A stretch of 62,601 bases of DNA, filler included, from Pirum gemmata (taxonomy: Eukaryota): NCBI GenBank assembly GCA_002812295.1. It is 20 parts of 20 records of this genome, joined end to end, with 100 filler letters (N's around TTAATTAATTAA, not from the genome) between each part and the next. Parts side by side here need not be neighbours in the genome. Positions count along the whole stretch, not along the records: positions 8,515 to 13,195 come from PDIN01005507.1; positions 13,296 to 18,663 come from PDIN01005508.1; positions 18,764 to 21,317 come from PDIN01005509.1; positions 21,418 to 23,973 come from PDIN01005510.1; 16 more parts are not named here. One strand, 5' to 3'. Positions 12,067 through 24,073 of this stretch are shown here, one piece after another (position 1 is the stretch's first letter; each line of letters opens with the position of its first letter). Position numbers and translations under genes: made by a program. The notes beneath the pieces were generated by a model that worked only from the letters and a program-made list of their open reading frames with translations, was not told the DNA's origin and made no database searches.

Positions 12067-13194
12067 TTATGCACTAACTACAGAACCATCTAAATACATA
12101 AACGTGTTAACAGAATCACAAGCATCAGAATCACTAATTTGAAAAGTTCCAGACTCAGGTAAAACATAAGTATCCCCATTCGAATCCAAAAACTCAAAGT
12201 AATAAATAGAACAATCAGTAGTTGATATGCTTGCATCAATACTATACCCTCCATTATAACCATTACCAACTAATCGAGTCATTTCCGTTTTTACCCCATC
12301 TACCACCACATAAGCATTGACCGCTGTATAAGTATTAGAATAATAACTGGCCATAAAATGTGCAAACCCGTCAGAAATAGCATACTCCCATAAACTCGAA
12401 CCAACAAAATGAGATCCACTTTTCACTGGCGTATTGTATTGATGAGCGTAATAATTAAAATCAGCTGTACCCCAACTCCCTATTGTATTAGATCCACTAC
12501 TATATCCACCATAACCTAATCTTGTATACGAAGAATCGAAAATACCAGTGCAATGACCCTCGCTAGTAAACCAACCTTTCATCGCATTTGCTGCATTTAT
12601 TACTTTAGCACTCGTCCAGTACATATTTTCCCCATACCATTCTGTACCAAAAGCTTGTACCCGAGTAGTTAAACTAGTGTCTCCATCAAAAAGCAAATCT
12701 GCATAGTATTGGCAAGTCACGTGAGGGTTATCAAAATCTTGACAATTTTCGTTTGTTCGCATTTGTGATTGTTTCTTTGCAGCTTGGGCAAGGTTACTCT
12801 CCCATTCCATTGCAGGTACAGTTGCAGGAGTACAAGCGTAATCAAATAAAGTAGGAAAGTAAAATGCTTTAAAATCAGTTGGTCCAGCGCGAGCATAGTT
12901 ATGAATAGTATGCATTTGTCGTTCGGCAATCGTGGTATGAACGCCTTCGTTATAATCATTATTCTCTGCACACAAGCCAGAAACGCTAGAACAACCGACA
13001 TTACCATCTATAAGATCATACGTTAAAACTGTGGTAGTAGTTGATGTTGCTGCTGCTGCTGCGGTGGTGGTGGTGGTGATAATGGTAGTACTAGTGCTTT
13101 GATCTTTTTTAGGTTTATTTCCTCCACCGCCTCCCCCACCGCCTCCCCCACCTCCTCCACCTCCTGCGCCTCTTTGCCCTGAACACTCATTGAT
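12067..13194 (-). CDS. Secreted CAP/SCP-domain protein of bacterial type with a C-terminal beta-rich domain (5'-partial)
   Basis: The frame stays open from the contig edge (INECSGQRG, Gly tract, Thr/Ala tract) to TAA at 12067-12069. CAP motifs: HNYAR, MEWESNLAQAAKKQSQM, YGENMY, WFTSEGHCTGIFDSSYTRLGYG. Confidence 0.8.
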   Translation of the reverse strand: MNECSGQRGAGGGGGGGGGGGGGGGNKPKKDQSTSTTIITTTTTAAAAATSTTTTVLTYDLIDGNVGCSSVSGLCAENNDYNEGVHTTIAERQMHTIHNYARAGPTDFKAFYFPTLFDYACTPATVPAMEWESNLAQAAKKQSQMRTNENCQDFDNPHVTCQYYADLLFDGDTSLTTRVQAFGTEWYGENMYWTSAKVINAANAMKGWFTSEGHCTGIFDSSYTRLGYGGYSSGSNTIGSWGTADFNYYAHQYNTPVKSGSHFVGSSLWEYAISDGFAHFMASYYSNTYTAVNAYVVVDGVKTEMTRLVGNGYNGGYSIDASISTTDCSIYYFEFLDSNGDTYVLPESGTFQISDSDACDSVNTFMYLDGSVVSA

Positions 13195-14781
13195 TNNNNN
13201 NNNNNNNNNNNNNNNNNNNNNNNNNNNNNNNNNNNNNNNTTAATTAATTAANNNNNNNNNNNNNNNNNNNNNNNNNNNNNNNNNNNNNNNNNNNNCATTT
13301 TTAATATAAACAAATAAATAAAAAGCATATCAAATTTCTCAAATTGTACCCATTAACTAATAAAATGAAAATAATTCACAAATATATTTATTTATTTATT
13401 TATTTTATTTATTTATTTTTTTATTACATTTTATTTATTTTTATTATTATTGTTTATTATTATTATTATCATTATTTTATTTTATTTTATTTTTAATGTT
13501 TTAATAATCAACAAACATAACAGTCACATAACTCAAGTTATAAATCAAATTGACAAAAATAATTGGTGGAGTTTAGTCAGATTATTTTTTTTAATAATAT
13601 TCTGTTCAAATCGGGTTAGTGGACTGATCGAGGTTTTTTTTTTATCGATTTTTTGTCAGTTTTGAACATCCTACTTTTTTATATGAGAACTGAGAAGGGT
13701 TTGCGATAGAAAGCGTGTTTTTTCGCAATAGAATGCAGTAACTAATGTGTAGAATGGTTAGTAACACTGAATTTAATTAATAAATTACTTTATTTGGAAA
13801 AAGAGTACCACTAACTAATGCGCAGGGAAAATGTGAGTTTTTTTTCATGACTTTAATTAATAATTTTATGACGTCATACGTACTTCTCAAATCATCCACT
13901 ATTCAACGTTAGTAAACTCTTTTTTTTGACTAACAGAGGTCAGAGCATTGTAAAAAAAAAACTCAACTCACTTTTTTTTTGTTCACTCGTTCATTTATTT
14001 TTTTGCTTTGAACTTCGTTCGCCGCTCATTCGTAGACTCGTTCCAAATAAAAAGCTTGGTTCGATTTTTTTTTACGATGCACTAACCTCAGTGAAAAAAT
14101 CGTTAACTAACGTTTACTTATCATAACGCAATGGAATGTGGTTTAATAGTTTGTTGGGTTTCACTAATTGTATATTGTATATAACTATTTATCGAGTACC
14201 AAACACATTATCAATGTAGATTTGAAAAAAAATTCTCTTTCATTAATCCCATTACATAACTCTAGCTTATATCGTAATATATAGTAAAAAAAGGAACATA
14301 ATCCCCTCTTTCAAAATGAAATGTGTAAAAAAACCATCGTGTTTTTCAATAATCAATCAACAGACAGAAAGGAAAGGGTTTCAAAAATTTACAAAGTCCA
14401 ATATTTGAAACCAATTTCTCGTTGTCATATACAAAACCAAACCAATTATTTGTTTTTCCAATTTTTTTTTGTTTTTTGTAGTTTTGTTCTTGTAGTTTTG
14501 TTTTTTGTTTTTTTTTTTTTTTTTTGCTTTTGTTTTGTTTTTTAATCAATAAACAGACGTAAAGGAAACTGAGGTACTATCACAGTTTTCAAAAAAATAC
14601 AATGGGGGATTTTCTTTTATTTTATGATGATTTAGAAAATCAAATATTTAAAACCCGATTTATCGTTGTCATACATAACCACCAATTCGGTTCTTCTCAA
14701 AATTCTTGTCTTTTAAAAATATCAAAAACGGAATTAATAATAAATACTTGGTTAATAGGTATCATAGTTCACAAGGATTTT

Positions 14782-15310
14782 GTCACTCCAGTTGTTTTTT
14801 TGGAACCTCCAGTTGTTTTTTTGGTACTTCCGGTTGTTTTTTTTGGCACCTCCAGTTGTTTTTTTTGGTACCTCCAGTTGTTTTTTTGGTACCTCCGGTT
14901 GTTTTTTTTGCCACCTCCAGTTGTTTTTTTTGGTACCTTCAGCTGTTCTTTTGGTACCTCTAATTGTTTTTTTGGTACCTCCAGTTGTTTTTTAGGTACC
15001 TCCAGTTGGTTGGTACCTCCAGTTGTTTTTTTGGTACCTCCAGTTGTTCTTTTATACCTCTAATTGTTTTTTTGGTACCTCTAGGTGGTTTTTTGGTACC
15101 TCCAGTTATTTTTTGGTATCTCCAGTTGGTTGGTACCTCCAGTAGTTTTTTTGGTACCTCCAGTTGGTTTTTTTATACCTCCAGTTGGTTTTTTCGGTAC
15201 CTCCAGTTGGTTTTTTTGGTACCTCCAGTTGGTTTTTTTGGTACCTCCAGTTGGTTTTTTTGGTACCTCCAGTTGGTTTATGGTACCCCCAGTTGTTTTT
15301 TTTGTACCTT
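14782..15310 (+). repeat. Minisatellite array, ~21-22-bp unit GGTACCTCCAGTTG(G)TTTTTTT, roughly 25 units
   Basis: Conserved core GGTACCTCCAGTTG separated only by variable T runs. It accounts for the spurious ORFs at 14602-15360. Confidence 0.92.
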
Positions 15311-15835
15311 TACCTACCAATTCATTAACGGAGGTGTTCTTTAAGAGTAATAAATATTAATTTGATAATAAATTGAATAATTTGTATTAAATAAATACAA
15401 CTGGGTATTATTACGAAGACAAATAGGAACGAAAAAGGTTCACACAACTTGCAAGAAAAATTTGACACTATTTACACACATTCTGTACTTTTTTTGTTGG
15501 TTTTTGTTTTTGGGCAGTGAGGAAGTTATTTAACTTTCAATTTCTTTTTCTTCTCCTTTTCCCAGTTCTTCTATTCTTTGTTTTAATTGGGCATGTTTAT
15601 CATTTAAAGTAGATCGTAAATTTTGTTGACGAATAATATTGTTTTGAAGTATTAATCTACACCTGTCGTACTCTTCTCTTGCATGCTTTTCAGCAATTTC
15701 CAACCTAAAAATAAAAGCAAGTTTTTGAGAAAGTTAGAATATAATATATAAAAATTTAAAATATAAACAACAAATAAAATGTGAAATTCTATAATATATG
15801 ATACAATTTTGTTTTTTATTGTCAGTATTCCCGTC

Positions 15836-15868
<33 letters not shown>

Positions 15869-16101
15869 GTTGCTAACATCAATATTACAACAGTTACAAT
15901 TTCTAGAAACTAAACTACCTCTATGTCTACCTCTTTCTCCATTGAGACCACTAGTGTTGCTTAATAATTTAAATTTTAAACGTNNNNNNNNNNNNNNNNN
16001 NNNNNNNNNNNNNNNNNGTAATTGATTTTAATGTTAATATTAAACTTATTCACTTTTTCTCTGATTTTAATATTAATATTAAACTTATTGACTTTTTCTA
16101 G

Positions 16102-16320
16102 GAATATGCAGTTCTAGGACTTAAAGGTGGTCGTTATGATATAATGGGAAATTTACTTAAACAACCCCACCAAAACCCTACAGGCCTAACGCATAAAAAT
16201 ACCAATAACGATTACATTAATGTTTTACCCGAAGTAGACGACGATGAAATGTATGAGGAAGAAGAAGAAGAAGAAGATGCTCCTACTGCTACGTTTACCT
16301 ATGATATTGTAAGTTTAAGC

Positions 16321-16355
<35 letters not shown>

Positions 16356-18195
16356 ATACTACTAATTAGAATGATGTCTATCAACAATAATGAATTTAAT
16401 CATAATCATAAGCATAACAACTATAAAATAGAATAATAAATTTTACGAACATAACCATAACCACAACAGCCACCAGTTAATTGTTCAAAAATACAGAGTC
16501 TGTAATTGATTTTAATGTTAATATTAAACTTATTCACTTTTTCTCTGATTTTAATATTAATATTAAACTTATTGACTTTTTCTAGGAATATGCAGTTCTA
16601 GGACTTAAAGGTGGTCGTTATGATATAATGGGAAATTTACTTAAACAACCCCACCAAAACCCTACAGGCCTAACGCANTATTATTAATTATTATTATTAT
16701 TATTATTATTATAGCCAAAAAGGTAATCCAACTAGAAGTCAAGAAGTGAGGGAGATTCTAAAATTTGTATGCAAGATGCAAACCAGAGGGCTTGGAGCGC
16801 CGGAAAAGTCAAAGTATCCTTTCAGCTACGAAGAATTCATTTCGCAGCTGCACACTATAACCTACCTGCTAAAAAAACAGAATATGGCTTTAGGTAATCT
16901 TTATCATTTAGTTTGTTTTAGGAGTTTTTTGACGTTCCAGTTTCATGTCCTTGGGAGGCATGATGATTGTTCTCACTTCAGGGCGCACAATCTACTAACC
17001 ACAGAGAAATGCGACGGAGTTCTTGCTTTCAAGCTACAATGGAGTAAAAACATTCGTGTTACAAATGGGTCTGGCACAGTTGAAGAAAATCTACCAACAC
17101 AAATATTTTTTGGTAAATATCATATTATATTTATGCAATTATTGTATTTATCCAATGTATACTTTCTGTCCCTTATACATTATTTATTTATTTATTTATT
17201 CATTCTGATATATTATTCAATCCGGAAAGAATAGAACATGATGTAAGTACAATAACAATAACAATAGCAATAGCAATAGCAATAACAATAACAATAACAA
17301 GAGCAATAGCAATAGCAATAACTATTAATAACAATAACAATTTCATTAACTATAAACTAGACCATTGATAAGTGCCTAAAACTTTTGTTGGTTGAATACC
17401 TTAAAACAAAAACTTTGACACATGATGAAAGCCGATACGGTGGACACTCGTACCGAAAAACACCGGCTACATACTGTGCTCGTCGTGGGGAACACACAGA
17501 TCACATCGAATCGAGGGGAAGATGGCACAATGATTCTAGGCGAAAACAAAGAGTAGTAATGAGGTATATAATTATATATATATTTATATATACGACCCTG
17601 TTGATTAATGTTTTTATATATAATTAATAATAATCTCATAATTATTAGATATATATCTCCAGAGCTTCCGTATGTAGATGCAAAGCTGGCGCAAACTCTT
17701 GCCGGTGCACTAGGTCCAGTACGCTATCAGATTATTCCTCGACTGGATAACGAGAATTTTCTGTCTCAAGTAATACCTGGATTATATTCTTATTTTACAA
17801 GGGATGTAGCACGAGTATTGGCAATAGCATGTGTATATTTAGCTTTAAGACATGGTACAGAGGACTCTGATGATAGTGATAATGAGCCAGGACAACAAAA
17901 TTTTTTGAGTTTTATGGATGAAAAACAAGCGGACCGGATCGGAAATATAGTTTTTGAAACACTTGGACTTGAGGAAGGTGCCGACATGCATGTAGAATGG
18001 GTTCAGGCAATTCCCATTAGTGTTGTACAAGATAATGATACTTTTTATATTTGCGATCTTTACCAATTTGAGGATAAGCTGAAGCTGGCAGAAGACGATA
18101 CCCTGTTTGGTGGTGATATGACTTTACGGAACGAAGCTTTAGTCTCAATAATAGCAGGTGAAGAAAGTTTAGAGTATTTATTAGAAAGATACAAT
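16102..18195 (+). mobile_element. CryptonS-like tyrosine recombinase gene, intron-containing, fragmentary or scrambled
   Basis: Exons: 16102-~16192 (EYAVLG...NPTG, repeated at ~16586-16677); ~16715-17112 (GNPTRSQEV ... FQFHVLGRHDD ... LQWSKNIR ... PTQIFFG); 17361-17563 (GGHSYRKTPATY ... SRGRW); 17649-~18195 (YISPELPYVDAKLAQTLAGALGPVRY). Together they give the YR catalytic set R-K-HxxR-W-Y. GT-AG intron 17564-17648 joins MR|YI in frame. Confidence 0.8.
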
Positions 18196-18629
18196 AATAA
18201 TAATAATAATAGTGCATTTATTCTTGTCACAAAAAGTGTCTATATAATAATATTCTATAATTCCATGTCGAATAAAAAAACTGAAAACCCTAACCCAACC
18301 CTAACCCTAAAATCCGCCATATCAGCTCAAAATCAGCTCAAAATCTCAGGAAAATTTAATTATTATTAAAAAATGCACCTTTTAATAAAAGTACTATCTG
18401 ATATCAAAATTTCAGAAATGGTCTAACTAAGAAAACTCTATTATGAACCTACTACAATCTGATATCAAAATTTCAGAAATGGTCTAACTAAGAAAACTCT
18501 ATTATGAACCAAAGGCCAGTTTTTAATAATAATTTGGCTAGTTAAATTTTTAGAAAAGAAGTCTAAAAAAAACGATTTCTCCAGTTTTATTTGGGAAATT
18601 GGGAGTGGTGTTTTTTTTTTTTTTAAAAA

Positions 18630-18663
<34 letters not shown>

Positions 18664-19984
18664 NNNNNNNNNNNNNNNNNNNNNNNNNNNNNNNNNNNNN
18701 NNNNNNNTTAATTAATTAANNNNNNNNNNNNNNNNNNNNNNNNNNNNNNNNNNNNNNNNNNNNAGTAGTAGTAGTAGTAGTAGTAGGTGGAGCATTTTGA
18801 GATTTTGGATTTTTGGGCTATTTTGGCTTTTTGGGCTCATAGACCGAGTCTAGAGGTACTAGTCTACGGCAGATGTCGCAATTTTCATCCCAAAAAGTAA
18901 AAAAATGCTAACTAAACTGATCCAAATTATTATGGAGAAATCGTGAAATCGTGTAACTAAGAAAACTCCCTGAGAAAACTCCTAAGAAAACTCCTATTGT
19001 GAACCAATGGCTAGTTTTAATAATTTTAAAAAAGTAATTTGGCTAGTTTTTAGAAAAGAATAGGAAAGGAAGTGAAAACTCTGTGAAAGCACTCGAGTAA
19101 CTCGACCAAATTTTTGCTATGCGTAAAGCACAATTTACGAAAAAACCCACACAGTAATATATGGAAATATTAACCTGCCTGTTACCTTTTTAACATATAA
19201 AGAAGCCATATATAGTTTAAGTGTGGGCGATTTTCATAATTGTGCCAAGACTCAAGAGTCAAGACTCAAGAATCAAGATACGTAAGTTATACATACTATT
19301 TGCAGTCTATTAATTTTGCCTAGCTATGATAGGATAACCAAATGCCAGTCCAAATTTCACAGCAGCGTAAATTTTGAGAAATCGTAGAACATGCTTGGCT
19401 GCAAAAAAAAATAATAATAAATAAAATCTGGCCATTGGTCTATAATCTATAGTAATCTATAGATAGAGTTTTCTTGACTTCTTCGTTGGATTTGAGCTCA
19501 TTATAATAATATTATGATTCGAAACTTTTATCTGACTTGGGTCATGAAATAATACTGAAATAATAGACATTGAATAATATAGTCTAGACCTATGTATTTT
19601 TTTTTTTTTTCGAAATCAGACTTCTTTTCTAAATGCCTTTAATTATAACTAGCCAAATTACTTTTAAAAACTAGTCATTGGCTTATTATAGAGTTTTCTT
19701 CGTTTTAAATAATTTCTAAATATTTGGGGGTGAGGGGGGGATAATTTGGTAGTTCTTTAATTAAAATTGGATCATTTTGAGATTTTTTGGATTTTTGAGC
19801 TCATATGGCGGATACCGTCATTTTTATCCAGTTTGGTAGTTAATATACCTTATACCGGTATAATAATGTTTGATAATGTATCGTTCAGTTTTTAAAAAAG
19901 CTCGAAGTTTCAGATTTTTTTGTCATGATACTTGTTTACCTTAGCTACTAGCTAGCTAGCTAGTACTTTAGTTACAATCTGTTG

Positions 19985-20100
19985 TAAGCTGTGATGTAGG
20001 CTGTGGTGTAGGTGGTGTAGGCTATCTGTGTAGGCTGTGGTGTAGGGGGTGTAGGCTGTCTGTGTAGGCTGTGGTGTAGGGGGTGTAGGCTTAGGCTGTG
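19985..20100 (+). repeat. GT-rich minisatellite (~34-bp unit built from GTGTAGG sub-repeats)
   Basis: GTAGGCTGTGGTGTAGGGGGTGTAGGCTGTCTGT repeated about 3 times. Confidence 0.75.
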
Positions 20101-21445
20101 ACAGCAGCTGTATTGCTCTCTACCAGTGTTGTTCCAACTTGTTACAGTTAAAACTCTAAATAAAGCATGTATTTTTAATCTAAACCAAAAAAAGAAAAAA
20201 AATAATAATCAAACTTGGCCAGTGGTTAAAACCGGGATGTTACTTATTTATTATAGGCCTGTAGGCCCACAGAATCCAGTCAGAATCAATCCACTAGCTA
20301 GCAGAATCCAACTTTTTGGTGCAGCGTTTTTTTTAGTTATAGGTTCTCTAGCTAGCTAGCTCTAGCTATGATAGGGTTCTTGTCAACTTCTTGATCATTC
20401 TGAAATTTCTGTCATTTCTTTTTTATTATTAGTATTATGATAGTATTAGCATTAAAATATTAGTATTAATATTAATATTATTACTATTAGCATTAATATT
20501 AGTATTAATATTAATATTATTAATATTAGTTTTAGTATCAGTATATTTTTATTAGTATTAGTATTAGTATTAGTATTAGTATTAATATTAATATTAGTAC
20601 TATTAATATTATTAATATTAGTTTTAGTATCAGTATGGTATTAGTATTAGTACTAGTATTAGTATTAGTATTAGTATTAGTATTAGTATTAGTATTAGTA
20701 TTAGTATAAGTTTTAGTATTAGTATTAGTATTAGCATAAAATTATTTCTTCATAGTTAAGTTTTATCTTTTAACAATGAAATTCGTTTTTGATATTAATT
20801 AAAAAAAAAAGAAATAATTATTGATTTATAAGAATTTAAATTTATATATATTTCAAATGATTTGCTAAAAAACTTATTTAGTAATTTGTAATAATAAACA
20901 AATGATTGTTTTGTTATATTACATAGTAACATACTCATTTGTTATTATGTATTGTATTTCTAATTTAAGTAAATTTTACTTTACTTAAAATTAGTTGTTG
21001 GATGATATTGACTGATTTTGTAAATCAATACCCGAGATTATCCAAAGTGTTTAGTGTCAATATATGTACGTAAATTATAATTATTTATTAATACTAACAT
21101 AATAATTTAAAAATATAATATTAGTATTAGTATTAGTATTAGTATTAGTATTAGTATTAGTATTATTAGTAGTATTAATTATTAGTATTAATATTGATAT
21201 TAGCATTAATATTACTATTAATTAATACTAGTATTATTATTATTATTATTAGCATAAAATAGTATTAGTATTAGTATTAGTATTAGTATTCTTATTCTTA
21301 TTCTTATTCTTATTCTTNNNNNNNNNNNNNNNNNNNNNNNNNNNNNNNNNNNNNNNNNNNNTTAATTAATTAANNNNNNNNNNNNNNNNNNNNNNNNNNN
21401 NNNNNNNNNNNNNNNNNGTTGTTGTTGCTGTTGTTGTTGATATAC

Positions 21446-21529
21446 AATATAGTTAGTTAGGCTTGTATTAGCTTTTAAAGCCTTTGCGAGCAGCTCTGCC
21501 CCCTCATCACCTATCATATTATACGCCAC
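21446..21529 (-). CDS. Single 84-nt exon encoding one RNI-like (28-residue) leucine-rich repeat
   Basis: AG|GTGGCG...TATATT|GT bounds exactly 28 codons, VAYNMIGDEGAELLAKALKANTSLTNYI, matching NxIGdeGAxxLAxALxxNxsL. Confidence 0.7.
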
Positions 21530-24073
21530 CTTATACGTGTTATCATTTTCATCGGGGGATAATATTATCACTATTAATTAATATTGTTATTCTTAATACT
21601 ATTTTTGATGATATTATTAATATTATTACAACCACTATTTGATGTCAAAACGTAATTATAAGCGAGTGATGATATACTACTTGTAATTTTTTTTTAAAAT
21701 AAACAAGAAATCCCAACCTTTAACTTTTAATTAAACACTCCCTAACTCCTAACACTTCCCAGTCTTCTATCCTCCTCAACCCTTTACCCCTAAGTAGTAG
21801 GTATTCATCTAAATAATAACTATAGAGCTTTCAATCGAGGACATTATTTTATATAATATGATTTATTAGTGATGTTCTTTGTGTTGAGTTATTGGGTAAA
21901 ACAGATGGGTGGGGAACCCATTACAACAGTTTCTTTTAATTGCCCATAGCTCTATAATATATAGCAGACAATACAAAGTCCTTTATAAATTAAATTGAAT
22001 GCATGTATATGTGAATTATTAATACTGGTAATGAGGATATTAGTGAGATGATATGATGGATTTGGATGAAAACATAAATGTTAATTGATTAAATAAAAAA
22101 TATATATTATTAATTATTATTATTTATTATTAATTATTTTTATTAATTATTACTTTTATTATTAATTACTATTAATTACTATTATTATTAATTATTATTA
22201 ATATTAATTAATTATTATTAAAATATTAATTATTATTATTATTAATTATTATTATTACTAATTATATATTATTATTATCATTTAATTGTACAAACAATAA
22301 AGTTAGGCAATAATTAACTTTTAAACGAATTAATATTGAAAATACGAAGTTATAAGTAGCTTTAGTAAAGACTAAGAACAAGAATCAGAGTTAGGCAATA
22401 ATTAACATAACGAATATTAATAATATATAAAGTCTGACAATAACACTAGGCCATAAGTAGTTTTAGTAAAGACTGAAACTTAAGAATTAGGCAAAAGGTA
22501 TCTCTAGTAAAGACTAAAAACAAAAAAGCAATAATATTAATAACACTAGGCTTTAAGTAGCACTATCAAAGAAAACGAACATGATTTAGGGAATAGTTAA
22601 GTTTTAACCAATATTAAAACATACAGTAAGAAACAATTATAATATAGATAGACATTAAGTAAAATTAGGTTGAATTGAACAAGCAATAATGTATATGTCT
22701 ATATAATATTATAATATCGATAATAGTAATATAATGGTAATAGTTATCGTAATAATAATAGCAATACTATGAGTGAGTAATAGCAACAGGGTTAGTTAAG
22801 TTATTAACCAATATTAAAATATTATAGTACTTTGTAGTACTAGTAGCAATCAAAATTTAATATAGATAGATACATTTACATTTAGTAAAAGTTATCGTAA
22901 TATATAAGTTTTATCAATTAACCAACACCATCTGGTATAAATGGCAGTAGATACCGAAATTGTAGATTTGCAACATTAGTAATTAGAAATATATCAGCAA
23001 CATAAGTAAATAGAAATATATCAGCCATATAATATTAGCAACGTTACCACAGTGATATTATTATAATTATATAGTAACACTAAAAAAACTACTAAAGGTA
23101 AAGGTAATATTAGTAGTCTTGTGAGTAACACTATACTAATCAACCAAGTAATACATCTAGGTATTAATATTCTATATAATGTCGGTTAATTTTGGAGAAT
23201 TACTTATTTAGAAGTAACCCACTAGAGGTAACCCAGCTAATTGGAAGTAACAATATTATATCTTTAATTTTTTATAAACGTTATTAATTAACGTTGTACT
23301 AAAAGGAGAGCAGTCTTAAACTTATAATTAGTAGCACTGATAGTAGATAATGATGGCCTAATATTAATTGTAACAGTTTGCAACTATGAACGAGATAAGA
23401 TGAAGCACTATGAAGCATACGCAGGACTATATAATAATATAATATGTATATATAATAATACATAATATATAATTATATATTATAGAGAGAACAAAACCTA
23501 TTTTTAATTGGTAATTGTACCTGTAGGCAAATGGCATTTTAGAATCACAATTAATTAGATATGAATACTCAGTATTGGATTTTATAATAATTGTAACAGT
23601 AGTGCTTTTCAGTGGTTTTGTCATCATAAGTTTGTCTCTTCTATGATTTTTTTTTGGTTGAGCATTACAATATTATATATTTTATTTAGTAACGGAGCTG
23701 TAACAGTGTTGGGATTGAAAATTACTAAATTTATAAAGAAAGGTCAAGGAATGAACGTATTTGTAAAAATGTAGAGTGTTGCTTATCTGATTGGATGAGA
23801 ATTGAAATTAGTTGAATTTTCTGAGGAATAATTATAAAATAGTATTATAAAAAAAAAAACCGTTTAGCCTGTCTCTTAGCCTAAGCCTAAGCTGGGTATG
23901 ACTGTGCATGACAACAAAAAAAAAATTCAGCATCATAACATTATTTTTTTTCTTTTATTATTATTATTATTATNNNNNNNNNNNNNNNNNNNNNNNNNNN
24001 NNNNNNNNNNNNNNNNNTTAATTAATTAANNNNNNNNNNNNNNNNNNNNNNNNNNNNNNNNNNNNNNNNNNNN

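Noticed and set aside
14782..15310. CRISPR-like array
   Set aside because: The sequence between repeats is only T runs, with no unique spacers and no cas genes, in a eukaryotic context.
14602..15360. Overlapping ORFs (FFGTSS / LVPPVV / WYLQL repeats)
   Set aside because: Translations of the minisatellite in several frames.
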